NCBI GenBank assembly: GCA_033581555.1
Contig: JAVQSZ010000004.1
Location: forward strand, 109,786-141,785
DNA length: 32,000 nucleotides
Source of the DNA: Nitrososphaerota archaeon
Lineage (GTDB): Archaea > Thermoproteota > Nitrososphaeria_A > Caldarchaeales > Calditenuaceae
Direction: 5' to 3'
The position numbers and the translations under genes were made by a program. Positions 31,553 to 32,000 of the stretch are shown in pieces. Every line of letters starts with the position of its first letter. Position 1 is the first letter of the stretch. Below the pieces are notes generated by a model that worked only from the letters and a program-made list of their open reading frames with translations, did no database searches and was not told the DNA's origin.

Positions 31553-31692
31553 TTTTCCGGTTTATAAGGAAACATCTCGCTTAAAAACCTATCGACATAA
31601 AGGCCCAGGTCTGCGCCCTCGCTATATAAGTGAACGCCGGATCGGTTTGGTTCCGGCCCACGGGGTTTTGAAGCTCGTGGTCGCTGTGTCAT

Positions 31693-32000
31693 TTATATCG
31701 CTACTGGGGCGGAGGGCCGCCTCCTGTCGCCGGTGAGCCTTGTAGCCAAAAGCCGCTGAAATGTCTTCCGGCTCGAGGGGTCGGCGTAGGTCCCGTAGAG
31801 GATCATGGCCGCCGAGAGTGTCAAGGGCAAGGCATACCCCGCGAGCGGCCCCAGGCTGTAAAGGGTGAAGGGCTTCGGCTCCTGAGGAATTACGCCCAGC
31901 CACCAGTCGTAGTGGAAGGAGAGGGCGGGCATGCCCAGGACGATCGTCGAGAGGAGGACGAGCGCAGAGTAGACGCTACCCCCGCCGGCGCGCCACTCGG
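31693..32000 (-). CDS. membrane protein, C-terminal fragment (the gene continues beyond the window)
   Basis: The reading frame is open from base 32000 (...VYSALVLLSTIVLGMPALSFHYDWWLGVIP...LAGYALPLTLSAAMILYG...), with hydrophobic helices. I recognise no family. Confidence 0.4.
   Translation of the reverse strand, partial: EWRAGGGSVYSALVLLSTIVLGMPALSFHYDWWLGVIPQEPKPFTLYSLGPLAGYALPLTLSAAMILYGTYADPSSRKTFQRLLATRLTGDRRRPSAPVAI

Noticed and set aside
1-32000. CRISPR arrays, tandem repeats, transposases, toxin-antitoxin pairs or known defence genes.
   Set aside because: Reading both strands by eye, I saw no regularly spaced direct repeats and no candidate proteins with the corresponding motifs. This check was visual only, not computational.

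Overview
This is a visibly GC-rich archaeal chromosomal window (GC not computed). All calls come from reading the sequence and from remembered family motifs; no searches were run.

Signs that it is archaeal:
- TATA-like boxes sit about 25-35 nt upstream of many start codons, which suggests mostly leaderless or short-leader mRNAs.
- Two tRNA genes contain introns.
- It carries an RNase P RNA, TFS, the A-type ATPase proteolipid, P-stalk proteins and a P1-alaS linkage.
- Arg codons are AGG-rich.

Content is mainly housekeeping and central metabolism:
- pyrH (partial).
- A ZnuABC-like ABC importer whose binding protein is fused to the permease.
- Two surface or membrane proteins of unknown function.
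- tRNA-Gln with about 38 nt of extra sequence in two blocks.
- An XdhC-like maturation factor.
- RNase P RNA, which is invisible to the ORF track.
- HMG-CoA reductase.
- A seryl-tRNA synthetase of the rare methanogen (zinc-dependent) type.
- TFS, an HTH plus phosphoribosyltransferase-like regulator, a HIT protein and a small zinc-ribbon protein.
- A DAO-family flavoprotein next to thiDN.
- A fumarylacetoacetate hydrolase (FAH)-family hydrolase and a geranylgeranyl-reductase-like flavoprotein.
- A methylcitrate/glyoxylate cluster: isocitrate lyase, nucleoside phosphorylase, prpD, citrate/2-methylcitrate synthase.
- An isolated nuoA-nuoH pair.
- A uL10/P0 homologue lacking the stalk tail.
- alaS, stalk protein P1, atpK, tRNA-Phe with a 14-nt intron, a CBS protein, aldehyde:ferredoxin oxidoreductase and speH-speE.

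I found no CRISPR array, transposase, integrase or recognisable defence or toxin module, and no clearly novel multi-gene system.

The observations most worth follow-up are:
- the methanogen-type SerRS in a genome with crenarchaeal-style features;
- the tail-less P0 in a rearranged stalk locus;
- the binding-protein/permease fusion with substituted metal ligands, plus its palindromic operator;
- the doubly interrupted tRNA-Gln;
- the orphan nuoAH pair with an atypical NuoA.

Many long ORFs in the track are antisense artefacts of the high GC content.
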